DNA of 24,000 bases from Oscillospiraceae bacterium. Lineage in GTDB: Bacteria; Bacillota; Clostridia; UMGS1810. The translations under genes were made by a program, and so were the position numbers. Below the pieces are notes generated by a model. The model was not told the origin of the DNA. It searched no databases and was given only the letters and a program-made list of their open reading frames with translations. Location: the NCBI GenBank assembly GCA_015068975.1, contig SVJM01000003.1:43437-67436 (forward strand), written 5' to 3'. This document shows, in pieces, positions 22,812-24,000 of this stretch; the stretch's first letter is position 1, and every line of letters starts with the position of its first letter.

Positions 22812-24000
22812 CAAAATTCCTCCTCAAAACATATTTTATTGAGAGCGCTGATATATGCCTTGATGCTTGCGCCTACAACGTCGGTAGAGATACCCTTACC
22901 TGAGTATACCTTGCCCTCGTGGCGAAGCTTGACCACACTCTCACCCATAGCCTCGTGCCCTCTTGTAACAGACTGTATCTGGAAGTCATCAAGCTCGAAG
23001 TGATGTCCTGTGATTTGCTCTATAGCCATAAAGGATGCATCGATAGGTCCGTTTCCGGCAGAAATACCATGGATGACCTTCTCGTCCTTGATAAGCTCAA
23101 TATTTGCTGTAGGTGTAATGATATCCCCTGAGTTTATAACATAGCTTTTGAGAACATATGTGGGGCTTACCTGCATTGCAACACTTGCGATGATTGCATC
23201 AAGCTCTTTGATACCCACATTTTTCTTATTAGCTGTTTTTACAAATTCATTGTACACATTGTTTACGTCTTCATCTGAAAGATCATAACCAATCTTTGCA
23301 ATTGTCTCTGCAATTGTTCTTATGTCTGTATCCTTTGAGAATACTGCATCTTCTACGATAATACCGCCTGTACCATAGTCGAAGGAGGTGTTTTCGGCTA
23401 TCTTATCGCCTGATACAAAGCTCATATTTCTCACTGCATTATCAAGCACTGTCATATTGATCTGTGTGCTTATACCAAGTGAGTCAGTTTTTTGTCTGAA
23501 CACATCTGCAATTGATTTAAGCTTTGGGCATCTTTCGGAAGCCATTGTTGTCTTGATCTGAGTAACACCTGCTCTGATACAGGAGATTGCACAAGCTGCT
23601 GCCATATGGAGATCGTTTGAACATTCAACAGAAAGTGCCACACCTTTAAGCTCTTCTACATCATTATATAGTCCGTTGATGTATTCTGCAAACTCTGTAG
23701 GAAGCATTGTGCCTGCAGAATCACATACAGTAACTGTCTTTGCACCTGATGCGATAGCAGTTTTAATAGCTTTTATGAGGAAATCTCTTTCTGCTCTTGT
23801 GGAGTCAGCCATAGAAACCTCAACATCCTCTGTAAGAGATGCTGCCTTTTTTGTAAGTGTTTCTATCATTTCGATTACCTTATCAGGCTTTTTGTGACAG
23901 ATATATTCCATCTGCACTGTGGAAACAGGAACTATAATATGAAGTCTTGGTTTGTTTGCACCCTTGATTGCTTCATATGCTGCTTCTACCCCTTCTTCTG
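22811..24000 (-). CDS. 2-isopropylmalate synthase (LeuA/CimA) family paralogue with degenerate catalytic motifs and intact C-terminal LeuA_dimer domain; 5' end outside window
   Basis: The frame stays open upstream of the track's GTG 23917 to the window edge. My translation there reads EEGVEAAYEAIKGANKPRLHIIVPVSTVQMEY, which resembles LeuA ..PRIHIFIATSDIHLKHKL. The C-terminus (NGPIDASFMAIEQITGHHFELDDFQIQSVTRGHEAMGESVVKLRHEGKVYSGKGISTDVVGASIKAYISALNK) matches the LeuA allosteric domain. Confidence 0.75.
   Translation of the reverse strand, partial: EEGVEAAYEAIKGANKPRLHIIVPVSTVQMEYICHKKPDKVIEMIETLTKKAASLTEDVEVSMADSTRAERDFLIKAIKTAIASGAKTVTVCDSAGTMLPTEFAEYINGLYNDVEELKGVALSVECSNDLHMAAACAISCIRAGVTQIKTTMASERCPKLKSIADVFRQKTDSLGISTQINMTVLDNAVRNMSFVSGDKIAENTSFDYGTGGIIVEDAVFSKDTDIRTIAETIAKIGYDLSDEDVNNVYNEFVKTANKKNVGIKELDAIIASVAMQVSPTYVLKSYVINSGDIITPTANIELIKDEKVIHGISAGNGPIDASFMAIEQITGHHFELDDFQIQSVTRGHEAMGESVVKLRHEGKVYSGKGISTDVVGASIKAYISALNKICFEEEF

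Noticed and set aside
1-24000. Search for tRNA/rRNA genes, IS or transposon ends, integrases, toxin-antitoxin pairs or known defence-system genes
   Set aside because: I found no cloverleaf-like or rRNA-like sequence and no ORF with transposase, recombinase, nuclease-helicase or reverse-transcriptase motifs. All large ORFs are metabolic, regulatory or secreted CAZyme-type proteins.

Overview
AT-rich chromosomal window that looks like a Clostridia-type Firmicute. A fibrolytic gut or rumen anaerobe is my guess from gene content only. I can support 22 protein genes, 20 of them on the minus strand. I saw no rRNA, tRNA, CRISPR array, transposase, integrase or recognisable defence gene. Gene order, left to right: (1) an nfnAB-type ferredoxin:NADP oxidoreductase pair; (2) an AraC regulator divergent from a Gfo/Idh/MocA oxidoreductase; (3) a 2-hydroxyacid dehydrogenase plus mutarotase-like pair; (4) mnmA; (5) a small ORF preceded by a promoter, structured leader and terminator; (6) two secreted proteins, a GH10 glycoside hydrolase and a copper-amine-oxidase-N-domain protein, that share a repeated CBM-like module; (7) a roughly 11 kb co-directional metabolic cluster. 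The cluster contains a degenerate LeuA-like protein, a TIM-barrel::acyl-CoA-ligase fusion, IlvE, a P-loop ATPase, a four-subunit 2-oxoacid:ferredoxin oxidoreductase, an XRE-cupin regulator, an ACSM/MbcS-like acyl-CoA synthetase and a receiver-less LytTR regulator. The most unusual signals fall in four places. (a) The 12.3-12.9 kb intergenic region has a 172-bp tandem duplication and four copies of a ~20-nt motif, three direct and one inverted, around a promoter-like site and a terminator. (b) At 7965-8151 (minus strand) there is a candidate cis-regulatory RNA of unknown class. (c) At 4383-4552 there is a nested palindromic element whose two hairpins differ by compensatory changes. (d) In the metabolic cluster, the fusion enzyme and the LeuA paralogue that lacks catalytic motifs are both atypical. 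All functional calls come from motif recognition by eye; no database search was run.
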